In this document: one piece after another, positions 18,792-34,469 of the stretch | Layout of the letters: each line of letters opens with the position of its first letter | Numbering within the stretch: position 1 is the first letter of the stretch | From: the human T2T-CHM13v2.0 reference genome, Homo sapiens | Assembly: GCF_009914755.1 (NCBI RefSeq) | Contig: NC_060947.1 | Direction: 5' to 3' (one strand) | Length of the DNA stretch: 64,000 nt | Notes under the pieces: generated by a model | The model's database searches: none | Told to the model about the DNA's origin: nothing | The model's input: only the letters and a program-made list of their open reading frames with translations | Program-made: the position numbers and the translations under genes

Positions 18792-21700
18792 CTTTGCCCA
18801 CTTTTTAATCAAACTATTTGGGCTTTGTTTTTTAATGTTGAGTTGTTTGAATTTCATGTATATTCTGGATATTTGTCTCTTGTTAGATAAATAGCTTGCA
18901 AATATTTTCTCCCTTTTTACAGGTTGTCTTTTCACCTAGTGTTTCCTTTGTGATACAGAAGCTTTTTAGTTTAAGATAGTCTCATTTGTCTATTTTGCTG
19001 TTGTCTGTGCTTTTGAGGTATTACCCATAAAATCTTTGCCTAGACTAATGTCCAAAAATCTTTCCCCTATGTTTTCTTCTAGTGGTTTTATAGTTTTGGG
19101 TCTTATATTTATGTTTTTAATATATCTTGAGGTGACTTTTGTATATGGTGAGAGACAGGGGCCCAGGTTAATTCTTCCATATATGGATATCCAATTGTCC
19201 CAGCACCATCTATTGAAGAGGGTGTTGCTTCCCCAATGTATGTTTTGGCATATTTGTCAACAATCAGTTGGCTATAAATGCATGGATTTATTTATGGATT
19301 ATTTATTCTGTTTCGTTGGTCTATGTGTTTGTTGTTATATCAATACAATGCTGTTTTGGTTATTTTGAAGTCAGGTAGTATGATGCCTTCAGCTTTGTTC
19401 TTTTTGATCAAGATTACTTTGCCTATTCAGGCTCATTTTTACTTACAAATTTTAGAATTTTTTTTCTATTTCTTTGAAAAATGACATTGATAGGGATTTC
19501 ATTGAATCTGTAGATTGCTTTGGGCAGTATGGTCATTCTAATAATGTTAATTCTTCTGATCCATTAGCATGGGATGCATTTTTATTAGTTTGTGTCCTCC
19601 TCAACTTACTTTATCAATGCTTTGTAGATTTCCTTATAGACATCTTTCACCTTCTTGGTTGAATTTATTCCTAGGTATTTTATTTTTTTGTAGCTATTGT
19701 AAATGAGATTGCCTTCTTAATTTCCTTCTCAGCTAGTTTGTTGTTGGTGAATGGAACCACTCCTGATTTTTGTACATTGGTTTTGTATTTTGAAATTTTA
19801 CTCAATTAATTTATCAGTTCTAAGAGGTTTATTTGGTGGACTTTTTAGGTTTTTCTATATATGAGATTGTGTAATCTGCAAATAAGACAACATGACTTCC
19901 TTTTTTCTGATTTGCATGCCTTTTATTGCTCACTTTTGTTTAATTGCTCTGACTAGGACTTCCACTAGTAGGTTGAATATGAGTGGTGAAAATGGGCATT
20001 CTTCTCTTGTTCCAATTCAGTATGACATCAGCCATGTGTTTGTCATGTATAGCCTTTATGATATTTAAGTATGTTCCTTCTACGTCTAGTTTGTTAAGAG
20101 CTTTATCATAAAAGAATGGTGAAATTTGCTAAATGCTTTTTCTGTGCCTGTTGAGATTATCATATATGTTTTATCTTCATACTGTTGATGTGATGTATCA
20201 CATTTATTGATTTGTGTATGTTGAACAATTCTTCCATCCTGTGTAGAAATTCCACTTGATTATGGTGTATTATTTTTTGATGTGGTGGACTTGGTTTACT
20301 AGTATTTTGTTGATAATTATTGTGTTTATGTTTATCAGGTATATTGGCCATAGTTTTCTTTTTTTGCTCTGTCCTTGTGTGTTTTTGTATAAAGATAATG
20401 CTGGCTTTATAGAATGATTTAGAAAAAAATCCCTCCTCTACACTTTTTTGGAAAAGTTTAAGGATAATTGGTATTACTTCTCTGAAAATGTAGTAGAATT
20501 GGTAGTTAAGCCATTTGTTCCTGGACTTTCCTTTGTTGGGAGATGTTTTATTACTGATTTATTCTCATTACTTATTATTCGTCTGTACCAATTCCTACTT
20601 CTTTCTGAACCAGTCATGGGAGGTTGTATGTGTCCAGGAATTTATCAATTTCCTCCAGTCTCTAGCTTGTTAGTGTATAGTTGCTCATAATAGTCTTTGG
20701 TGATCTTTTTTATTTCTGTGGTATCATTTTTACTGTCTCCTTTATTTCTGATTTTGAGTCTTCTTTTATTATTGGTTGGTATAATGACTAGTTTTTTACT
20801 TTATCTTTTCAGAAAGCCAACATTTTATCTTGTTGATCCTTAGTATTTATTTTTTTCATCTCTACTACATTTAGTCCTGCTCTGATATTTATCATTTCTT
20901 TCCTTCTACTAATTTTGGATTTGGTTTGTTGCTGCTTGTCTAGTTCTTGAGGTGCATTGTTGGGTTTTTTATTTGAAATCTTTCTACTTTTTGATGTAGG
21001 TGTTTATTGCTATAGACTTCCTTTTACTGCTTTGTCTTTATATTACTGGTTTTGGTGTGCTGTGTTTCCATTTTCATTTGTTTCAAAAAAATTATTTGAT
21101 TTCCTTCTTCATTTACTCAATGATCATTCAGGAGCATGTTGTTTAATTTCCATGTATTTGTACAGTTTCCAAAGGTTTTCTTGTCATTGATTTCTAATTT
21201 TACTCCACTGTGGTCTAAGAAGATACTTGATTTGATGTTAATTTTTAAATTCTTAAGCTTTATTTTGTGTTCTAACCTATTGTCTATCCTGGAGAATATT
21301 TCATGTGCTGATGAGAATATGTATTCTGTAATTGTTGGATGAAATGTTCTGTAAATGTCTGTTAGGTCCATTTGGTCTAAATTACAGTTTCAATTTGATG
21401 TTTCTTTATTAATTTTCTGTCTAGATGATATGTCTAATGCTGAGAGTGGGGTGTAGAATTTCCTACTGTTATTGTGTAGGAGTCTACCTCTCCTGTTAGA
21501 TCTAATAATATTTGCCTTTTGTATCTGGGTGCTGTGGTGTTGGATCACATATGTTTAGAATTGTTATATCCTCTTGCTGAATCAATCCCTTTATTATTAC
21601 ATAGTTACCTTCTTTGTCTCTTTTTATTATTTTTGATTTAAGGTATGGTTTATTTCATATGAGTATAGTTGCTCCTGCTTGGTTTTGGTTTCCATTTTCA

Positions 21701-21913
21701 TGGAATAGCTTCTTCTGTCCCTTTACTTTCAACGTATATATGTCTTTACAGTTGAGAGGAATATCTTGTAGGCAGCATACAGTTGGGCCTTTTTTCAGAT
21801 CAAATCAGCTAGTCAATGTATTTTAAGTAGAAAGTTTAAACCATTTATCTTCAAGGTTATTAAAGATATGTGAGGGATTATGCCTGCCATTTTATCAATA
21901 CTATATGGTTGTT

Positions 21914-22220
<307 letters not shown>

Positions 22221-23003
22221 CAATAATATATGGTTGTTTTGTACCTCCTTTGTCTCTTTCTTTCCCTCTTATTGTTTATCATTGTGGTTTGGTGGTATTC
22301 TGTAGTGGTAACATTTGAGTTTTTCTCATACTCATTTGTGTGTTTCCTTTACCAATGGGTTTTATATTTCCGTAAGTTTTCATTATGGTAGTTATTCTTT
22401 TACTTCCAGATGTAGAAATTCCTAACCTTTTCCTATAAAGCGTGTCTAGTAGTGATGAATTCTCTCAGCTTTGGTTTGTCTGGTAAAGGCTTTATTTCTC
22501 TATTATATATAAAGGACAACTTTGCTGGGCATAGTATCCTTGACTGGCAGTTTTTTTCTCTTTCAGCACTTTGATATATTATCCCATTCTGTCCTGCACT
22601 GAAAATTTCTGCTGAAAAATCCACCATTAGTCTTATGGGAATTATTTTATAAGTGACCACATGCTTTTCTATTGCTGTTCTTAGAATATTCTCTTTGTCT
22701 GACTTTGAACAGTTTTACTATAATGTTCTACAGAGCCGATCTTTTTAAAGTATATCTACTTTGGTGTATCCTCCAATATCTGTATGTTTAAATCTCTTGC
22801 TAGACTCAGGTAGATTTCATCTATTATTTCATTAAATAGGTTTTCTCACCCTTTATTTTTCTCTTCACTTTCTGGAACATTGAAAATTCAAGTATTTGCT
22901 CCCTTTATGGTTTCCCATATGTTGCCTAGTTTCTACTCATTCTTTTAAATTTTTTTCTCTTACTGGGTTATTTCTAAAGATCTGTCTTCAAGTTCTGAGA
23001 TAG

Positions 23004-23034
<31 letters not shown>

Positions 23035-23521
23035 TGATGTAGTCTGTTTTAGGTTTTTGATTGTATTTTGTATTTCATTCAATGAATTATTGAGTTCCAG
23101 AATTTCTATCTGGTTCTTTATTATATCTATGTCTTTGGTAAATTTCTCATTCATATCCTGAATTGCATTTTAATTTTAATGTGTTATTATTCAGAATTAC
23201 ATTGTATCTTGCTGAGCTTCTTTAGTATCAATATTTTGAATTTTTTTTCTGAAATTTCATAAATTTCTTTTTGATTGAGTTCTTTTTTTTTTCTTTTTTT
23301 TTCTTTTATTATTATACTTTAAGTATTAGGGTACATGTGCACATTGTGCAGGTTAGTTACATATGTATACATGTGCCACGCTGGTGCGCTGCACCCACTA
23401 ACTCGTCATCTAGCATTAGGTATATCTCCCAATGCTATCCCTCCCCCTTCCCCCCACCGCCACCCCACAACACTCCCCATAGTGTGATGTTCCCCTTCCT
23501 GTGTCTATGTGATCTCATTGT

Positions 23522-27347
<3,826 letters not shown>

Positions 27348-27410
27348 GATGATGTTAGCTGGATATTTTGCTCGTTAGTTGATGCAGTTTCTTCCTAGTC
27401 TCAATGGTCT

Positions 27411-28418
27411 TTACATTTTGGCATGACTTTGCAGCGGCTGGTACCGGTTGTTCCTTTCCATGTTTAGTGCTTCCTTCAGGAGCTCTTTTAGGGCAGGCCT
27501 GGTGGTGACAAAATCTCTCAGCATTTGCCTGTCTGTAAAGTATTTTATTTCTCCTTCGCTTATGAAGTTTAGTTTGGCTGGATATGAAATTCTGGGTTGA
27601 AAATTCTTTTCTTTAAGAATGTTAATTTTGGCCCCCACTGTCTTCTGTCTTCTAGGGTTTCTGCTGAGAGATCCGCTGTTAGTCTGATGGGCTTCCCTTT
27701 AAGGGTAACCCGACCTTTCTCTCTGGCTGCCCTTAACATTTTTTCCTTCATTTCAACTTTGGTGAATCTGACAATTATGTGTCTTGGAGTTGCTCTTCTC
27801 GAGGAGTATCTTTGTGGTGTTCTCTGTATTTCCTGAATCTGAACATTGGCCTGCCTTGCTAGATTGGGGAAGTTCTCCTGGATCTGCAGAGTGTTTTCCA
27901 ACTTGGTTCCATTCTCCCCGTCACTTTCAGGTACACCAATCAGACGTAGATTTGGTCCTTTCACATAGTCCCATATTTCTTGGAGGCTTTGCTCATTTCT
28001 TTTTATTCTCTTTTCTCTAAACCTCCCTTCTCACTTCATTTCATTCATTTCATCTTCCATTGCTGATACCCTTTCTTCCAGTTGATCGCATCAGCTCCTG
28101 AGGCTTCTGCATTCTTCACGTAGTTCTCAAGCCTTGGTTTTCAGCTCCATCAGCTCCTTTAAGCACTTCTCTGTATTCATTATTCTAGTTATACATTCTT
28201 TTTAATTTTTTCAAAGTTTTCGACTTCTTTGCCTTTGGTTTGAATGTCCTCCAGTAGCTCAGAGTAATTTGAGCCTCTGAAGCCTTCTTCTCTCAGTTCG
28301 TCAAAGTCGTTCTCCATCCAGCTTTGTTCCATTGCTGGTGAGGAACTGCGTTCCTTTGGAGAGAAGAGGCGCTCTGCTTTTTAGAGTTTCCAGGTTTTCT
28401 GTTCTGTTTTTTCCCCAT
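27411..28418 (-). pseudogene. ORF1: Disabled L1 ORF1
   Basis: ATG at 28418; fragments RPNLRLIGVPESDGENG-like and ...NRYQPLQSHAKM lie in different frames. Confidence 0.92.
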
Positions 28419-28462
28419 CTTTGTGGTTTTATCTACTTTTGGTCTTTGATGATGGTGATGTA

Positions 28463-29267
28463 TTTCTGCATTTCCATCTGAGGTACTGGGTTCATCTCAC
28501 TAGGGAGTGCCAGACAGTGGGTGCAGGTCAGTGGGTGCACGCAATGTGCACGAGCCAAAGCAGGGTGAGGCATTGCCTCACTCGGGAAGTGCAAGGGGTC
28601 AGGGAATTCCCTTTTCTGGTCAAAGAAAGGGGTGATGGATGGCACCTGGAAAGTCGGGTCACTCCCACCCGAATACTGCACTTTTCCCACGGGCTTAAAA
28701 AACGGCGCACCACGAGATTGTATCCCATGCCTGGCTCGGAGGGTCCTATGCCCACGGAGTCTCGCTGATTGCTAGTACAGCAGTCTGTGATCAAACTGCA
28801 AGGGGGCAGCGAGGCTGGGAGAGGGGCGCCCGCCATTGCCCAGGCTTGCTTAGGTAAACAAAGCAGCCAGGAAGCTCGAACTGGGTGGAGCCCTCCATAG
28901 CTCAAGGAGGCCTGCCTGCCTCTGTAGGCTCCACCTCTGGAGGCAGGGCACAGACAAACAAAAAGCAGTAACCTCTGCAGACTTAAATGTCCCTATCTGA
29001 CAGCTTTGAAGAGAGCAGTGGTTCTCCCAGTACGCAGCTGGAGATCTGAGAACGGGCAGACTGCCTCCTCAAGTGGGTCCCTGACCCCTGACCCCCGAGC
29101 AGCCTAACTGGGAGGCACCCCCCAGCAGGGGCAAACTGACACCTCACACAGAGTACTCCAACAGACCTGCAGCTGAGGGTCCTGTCTGTTAGAAGGAAAA
29201 CTAACAAGCAGAAAGGACATCCACACCAAAAACCCATCTGTACATCACCATCATCAAAGACCAAAAG
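28463..29267 (+). promoter_or_regulatory. Inverted L1 5'UTR (sense promoter lacking first ~76 nt; antisense promoter region)
   Basis: Begins tttctgcatttccatctgaggtac and ends catcatcaaagaccaaaag, in opposite orientation to the L1 body. Confidence 0.9.
28528..28836 (-). CDS. ORF0: L1 ORF0 homolog (102 aa), expression unknown
   Basis: MAGAPLPASLPPCSLITDCCTSNQRDSVGIGPSEPG... matches the primate L1 antisense ORF0 N-terminus; ATG at 28836. Confidence 0.55.
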   Translation of the reverse strand: MAGAPLPASLPPCSLITDCCTSNQRDSVGIGPSEPGMGYNLVVRRFLSPWEKCSIRVGVTRLSRCHPSPLSLTRKGNSLTPCTSRVRQCLTLLWLVHIACTH

Positions 29268-30741
29268 TTGATTGAGTTCTGTTGCTGGATAATTACCACG
29301 TTTTTTGGGGGTGAGTGTTATACTTCCTTGCTTTTTCATGTTTCTGTGTCCTTAAGTTGTTGTTTTTCCTGTGTCCTTAAGTTGATATCTGCCCATTTTG
29401 ATTTTTTGAATTTGCTTTTGTAGGGGAAGAAGTTTTTCTAAGATGCATCTATGGTGTTGGTTGGGTAGAGTACTTTAGCTTTGATCCTCGGCACATGCAG
29501 TAGTGCAGTCTCTGTATGATTTATGTGGCTGTGAACAGAATTTGTGGTGTATGCAATTTCCTCAGTGGCTTAGGCTGTGGTTGTTAATAGAGACTGTGGT
29601 GAAATTTCACTGGAGACTGGGATGGCAGGTGAGCCAGTCATCAGGACCCAGTGGTTGGCAGCAGTGGACCAAGCATGCTGACCTTGGGCGCCATTGTGGC
29701 AAACAGTGGCACCAGTATTTTCAGGTCCATGCAGGGTGATTCTTTGGCCTCCAGGTTGCTTGCTTGGGTTCCAGGAATGGCAGTAGTGGAAAGATTTTTG
29801 AGCCCCTGGGCAGCAGACATGGCATGAGCAATGGCAGGAGCTGTGATGGGACAACCCTCTGGGACCCCAACAATCTATAGTGGTTTTACCAGAGGCTGCA
29901 ATGGACTGAACAGTCCAATCCTCAGTTTTACAGTTGGTGCAGGGAAGTGGTTGCCAGCTGTGGTTGTAGTGGCAGATTGAGTGGGCCCTACCTCAGATCT
30001 CTGACAGGAGTGCTTAGGTACAAATATTTTGGACTGAGATGGGCTCCTGGACGACATGCTTGGGTACTAGGATGAGTGCAGCAAGCCTAGGCAGCCTACT
30101 TTCTTTCCTCCTAGGGGTACATGAAGGCACTGCTGTTGTAGGTACAAGTGAGGTGATCCCCAGGCTTTTGGCAGAATGTTTAGTTAAGGGAAGGAGTGGC
30201 TGCACTGCAGTCCTGTTATTGAGGAGGGTAGAGCTGCTTTCAATGGGAGCAGCTGTACGTAGGTCGCTGGGCAGGGGGACTTGCTTTGCTCATGCCTTGG
30301 CCACAGAGTAGCTGGCAATGGCAGTGGTTGTGGGCAGTAAAATTTGTCCTTGAGGCAGGTGAAAATGCAGGGCTGTTCCTTTGCTGTGATAGAGGGCATA
30401 GTCACTGCCAGTGGCTCCTGCCTTGTTTCTGGCAGATTATCTGTTTGCCAGGAATGTTAATGGGGATTCAGGGATGTGAAGATGAAGAGGCTACTGAGCC
30501 CCAGGGAAGGATGCAGTATGGTGGGGGCTGGTCTGCCAAAAATGGCAACATGCTGCAGTGTGATTATCTGCTATTTTTTTTTTTCTTGTGGGAGAAGGGA
30601 GTATCAAATATATCCAGACAGCCATCTTTAAGTCCTTCACCAAGAATTATTTATTTCTAACTTCAATTTCTTCCATGTCACCCAAATTTAATGTATTAGG
30701 AATGAACATAAAGCATGAGGCAGGTTAGTGGCTTTAGTGGA

Positions 30742-31050
30742 TTTTTTTTTTCTTTTAATGAGACAAGTTCTCACTCTGTTGCCCAGGCTGAACTGCAGTG
30801 GTGTGATCATAGCTCACTGTACTCACTGTAACCTCATACTCCTCAGCTTAAGTGATCCTCCTGCCTCAGCTTCTTGGGAAACTGTCACTACAGGTACAAA
30901 TCGTCAGGCTGGATCTTTTGTTTTTATGTTTTGCAGAGATGATGTCTTGCTATGTTGCCCAGGCTGGTCTTGAATTCCTGGCCTCAAGCGATTCTCCCAC
31001 CTTGGCACCCCAAATGCTAGGAATATAGGCATGAGCCTCTATGCCTAGCC
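30742..31050 (-). mobile_element. AluJ
   Basis: Diverged dimer with J-type motifs (gatcatagctcactg, tcttgctatgttgcccaggctggtcttgaattcctggcctcaagcg). Confidence 0.92.
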
Positions 31051-32427
31051 CAGTTATTAGCTTTTGATGAACACTTAGTTGAGTTGTATCCAATTTGGGG
31101 GAGCATAAATGGTTTCTGAATTCTTGGGAAAGCTGGAACATTCTTGAGAGAATTGGAATTAGCCTTTTTCCTGAGAGAGGGATCTTTGTTGAACCTTTTC
31201 AGTCAGACAGATGTAGTGTAACTACTGCTTTCTTATTTTTCTTGAAGAAGTCCTGGATTATGAAATGAAACCAAATTCAGAAACTTTAGATGGTTATCCT
31301 AATTAATAATGTAGATTAGTTTTATTTTTAAGGAGACTGTTCCATTGTAGAGGTTTTATTTTCTTTTCTAAATATATATTTAGCCAGAACTGCATATGTA
31401 AAGTTTTTTTTCCCCTTACGAGGTAAGATATCTTTTTTGCCCTGTTTATTTGCTAATAAGAGATAGAAAGACCAGACCTGACCCTAGAGTGAGAGGAGTG
31501 CAGGCCTGGTATTTTATTCATCTAATGTTGGATAAAATGGTGCAAAGAAACTGGATTGTTTGGTGTCTAGACAGTGTCTTACACATAATATTATTTAAGA
31601 TATGACTATTTTATTGCTTTGTTTGGATCAAAAGGGCAGGACAATTGAAGAAAGCAGATATTAACACTCTCAGTTATCCTGGAGGAGGAATTTAGATAGA
31701 ACTTAGACTAGGGTACATCTCCCTTTTCTGGAGTCAGGAATAGTTATGTTTGGATAACTAGGAGAGAGGATTGGTCAAAACAGACTCCTGTTTGTGAAAG
31801 GGCACATGGCAGCTGACAAAAGGCTAAAAGAGAGATGGTCATTGTGGGACTCTTATAAATGAGGTATTGATAACTGATATCCAGTTGTATGTTTTCTTTT
31901 TCTATATAGTATTTTCCACCTGTTACCTCTAAGCTTATAGTAAAATTTAGTTAAAGCTACAGCCTTGTATTAGCTGTAAATTAAGGAATGGTCCACGTTT
32001 GAGTGAGAATATTTTAGTGAAGAAGTAATTATCGATTAAAGAAAAAACCTAAAGCAGCCATCTGAAGAAATATGTAATAGATGTCTATTAAAACATATTT
32101 TTGGAACTTGCAGGCAGAAGCTGATAAAAGATGAGAAATTCCTACAAACATTCAGATAATAGATAAAAGAAAAAGTAACCTACTGAAGGTTGGGGAGTTC
32201 AAGGATATGCAGCTAACATAGTATTTACTGAATAATGTGTGCTTCTGTTCAAAATGTAAGGTGGGAAAGTAACTCAAACAATATTTCTTCTTGCTTTAAT
32301 CCAAATTACATTCAGCCTTTATATACCCCAAATTGATGTAGTTTATCTTTAATATCTCCTGTAATGACCTATGTTACCCACTAGTTGTCTTCGTTAAGGT
32401 TCTACATTTTAAAATTATGTGCAGAGA

Positions 32428-34469
32428 TGGGACTTCAAGAATGGTGGTGTGAAGAAGAGTTTATTCTCTATATCCTTGGCAACACTTGTTATCATTCAAC
32501 TTTTTTGAAATAGTCATTTTAACCAATGAGAGGTGATATCTCATTTTGGTTTCAATTTGCATTTCCATGGTGATTAGAGATGTTGAGCATTTTTTATATA
32601 TCTGTTGGAAAAAATTCTCAACACAGAAATATATGTATAAGTGGTGAGGTAATGGATATGTTAAGTAACTTCACTGAATCTTTCTACAATGTATGCAAAG
32701 GTCAGCACATAACATTCTGTCCCATTAATACACACAATTATTATTTGTTATTAAAATTAATTTTAAAAAAGAATGTTAGTGTGAGAAGTTGGGGAGTGGA
32801 GAAATATATCATGGAGAGTCATCTCCTAAGCCAGTCAAAATTAGCAAAGAGAATAATTTATGACCTCTGCAGATCGAGAAAAAGGCTTAGAATACATTAA
32901 GAATCATTTTTTCAACAAAATATATGGAAAATTGGCAAGAACAGTGGGAAGCTATGGCATTTGAAGTAGTGGCTTAACTCATCCTTCCATAGCTCTTCTT
33001 TGTGGGAGAACTATTTAAGAGAGCATAAGAGCAGAGTGAAAATCCCCATTTTGCTCAGATCTCTAGGAAGGAAGAAATATCCTGGAAAGTTTCCACAAAT
33101 AATGGACATCAGAAGTTTCCTTTTTCCTCAGCTCTGGCAAAGAAGGTCAATATCCAAAAGACTGTGGCAGGCAGATAGTGCCCATTTTCCCACCTCTAAC
33201 TCGCACCATGTGGGACATATGCAGTCCTGTAAAGTCCCTCTCTCCCACACAGCGTGTGCTGTAGGAGAGCTGCTACCTTGAGTTTGTTAGCTGTGTGGCA
33301 GCTGCCATCTACACAAGCCTCTGCAGAATTAGTTTAGCTAACTCACTAAATAAATAAGCAAAAAACCAAGGGGAGAAATCAATATCCGGAGCTGCTACAA
33401 AGTATTCTCTGAAAGATCCTGTTTTGCTGAAAACTGGACCTTTTAGAAAATAGATTTCTTTTAATGTCTTATACAAAGATATAGGAAACTATGGCCCAAA
33501 TACACACACAAAAGCAGCCAATGTAAACTGCCTGTGAGAGGCTCCAGGTTCCAAACTTATCAGTAAAAGACTTCAAAGCAGGTATAATAACTTCAAAAAC
33601 ACTAAAGGAAACTATCTTTAAATAATTAAAGAAAAGTATAACGACAATTATCTTTCAAATATAGAATATAGATAAAGAAAAATAAATTATAAAAAGAATG
33701 AAATAGAAAATTTGGAATTTAAAAGTAAAATAACCAAAGAGAATACAATCACTAAAGGACCTCAACAGTAGATGTGAGCTTCAGAAGAAAGAATCAGAGG
33801 ATTTATGCAATCCAAAGAACAGAAAGAAAGGGAGTGAAAAAATCGACAGAGACACAGAGAAACGTAAGATGCAATTAAGTGCACCTATATACACATAATT
33901 TGAATAAACAAAGGAGAGAAGGAAGCAAAAAAAAAAAGACATAAAGGCAAAAAACTTCCTCAGTTTGATGAAGAACATTAATCTATGCATCTAAAAAGAT
34001 CTGCAAGTGCAAGTAGGTAAAATTCAAGGAGATCTTCACCAAACACATCATAGTGAAAGCTTTCAAGGGCAAAGAAAAAGTGAACATTTTGAAAGGAACA
34101 AGAGAAAAATAACTCATTACAAGAAGATTAACAGCTGATTTCTAAAAAGAAACAATGGAGACCAGAAGGCAATAAGACGTATTAATAATGCAAAGACATG
34201 AAACATACATAAAACAAAAGGCAAAATGGCAAAAATGAATCCAACCATATCAATTATAAATGTGAGCGAATTAAACATTCCAGTCAAAAGGCATTGATTG
34301 TCCAACAAGATTAAAAAAATCAAGATTCAACTATATGGGCTCTATAGATGATACTCTATATTCAAACACATAAATAGGTTGAAAGTAAAAATATGGAAAA
34401 ATATATACCATGCAAGCAGAAACTGTAAGAGAGATTGTGTGGCTATAGACTTTAAAGCGGCAATTGTTA
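32428..34469 (+). mobile_element. Old L1M (about L1MC/MD) 5' region: 5'UTR, ORF1 remnant, start of ORF2
   Basis: ORF1-like remnants (gatgaagaacattaatctatgcatc; agattaacagctgatttct...aacaatggagaccagaaggcaat) and EN-like remnants (taaataggttgaaagtaaaaatatggaaaaatatataccatgca). Confidence 0.65.
32453..32768 (+). mobile_element. 316-bp inverted L1MA mini-insertion
   Basis: Minus-strand ORF2 3' piece (32455-32608) joined to a plus-strand L1MA 3' terminus with A tail; TSD aagaatg(gtg/tta)gtgtga at 32437-32452 and 32769-32784. Confidence 0.7.

Noticed and set aside
18034-18808. ORFs of 73-126 aa
   Set aside because: They lie in SVA SINE-R/VNTR sequence and are common to SVA copies.
29503-30660. 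GC-richer segment with many overlapping ORFs, resembling a gene or promoter
   Set aside because: It continues the host L1MA3 across the L1PA2 TSD and ends in an L1 5' motif, so it is best read as an old L1 5'UTR.
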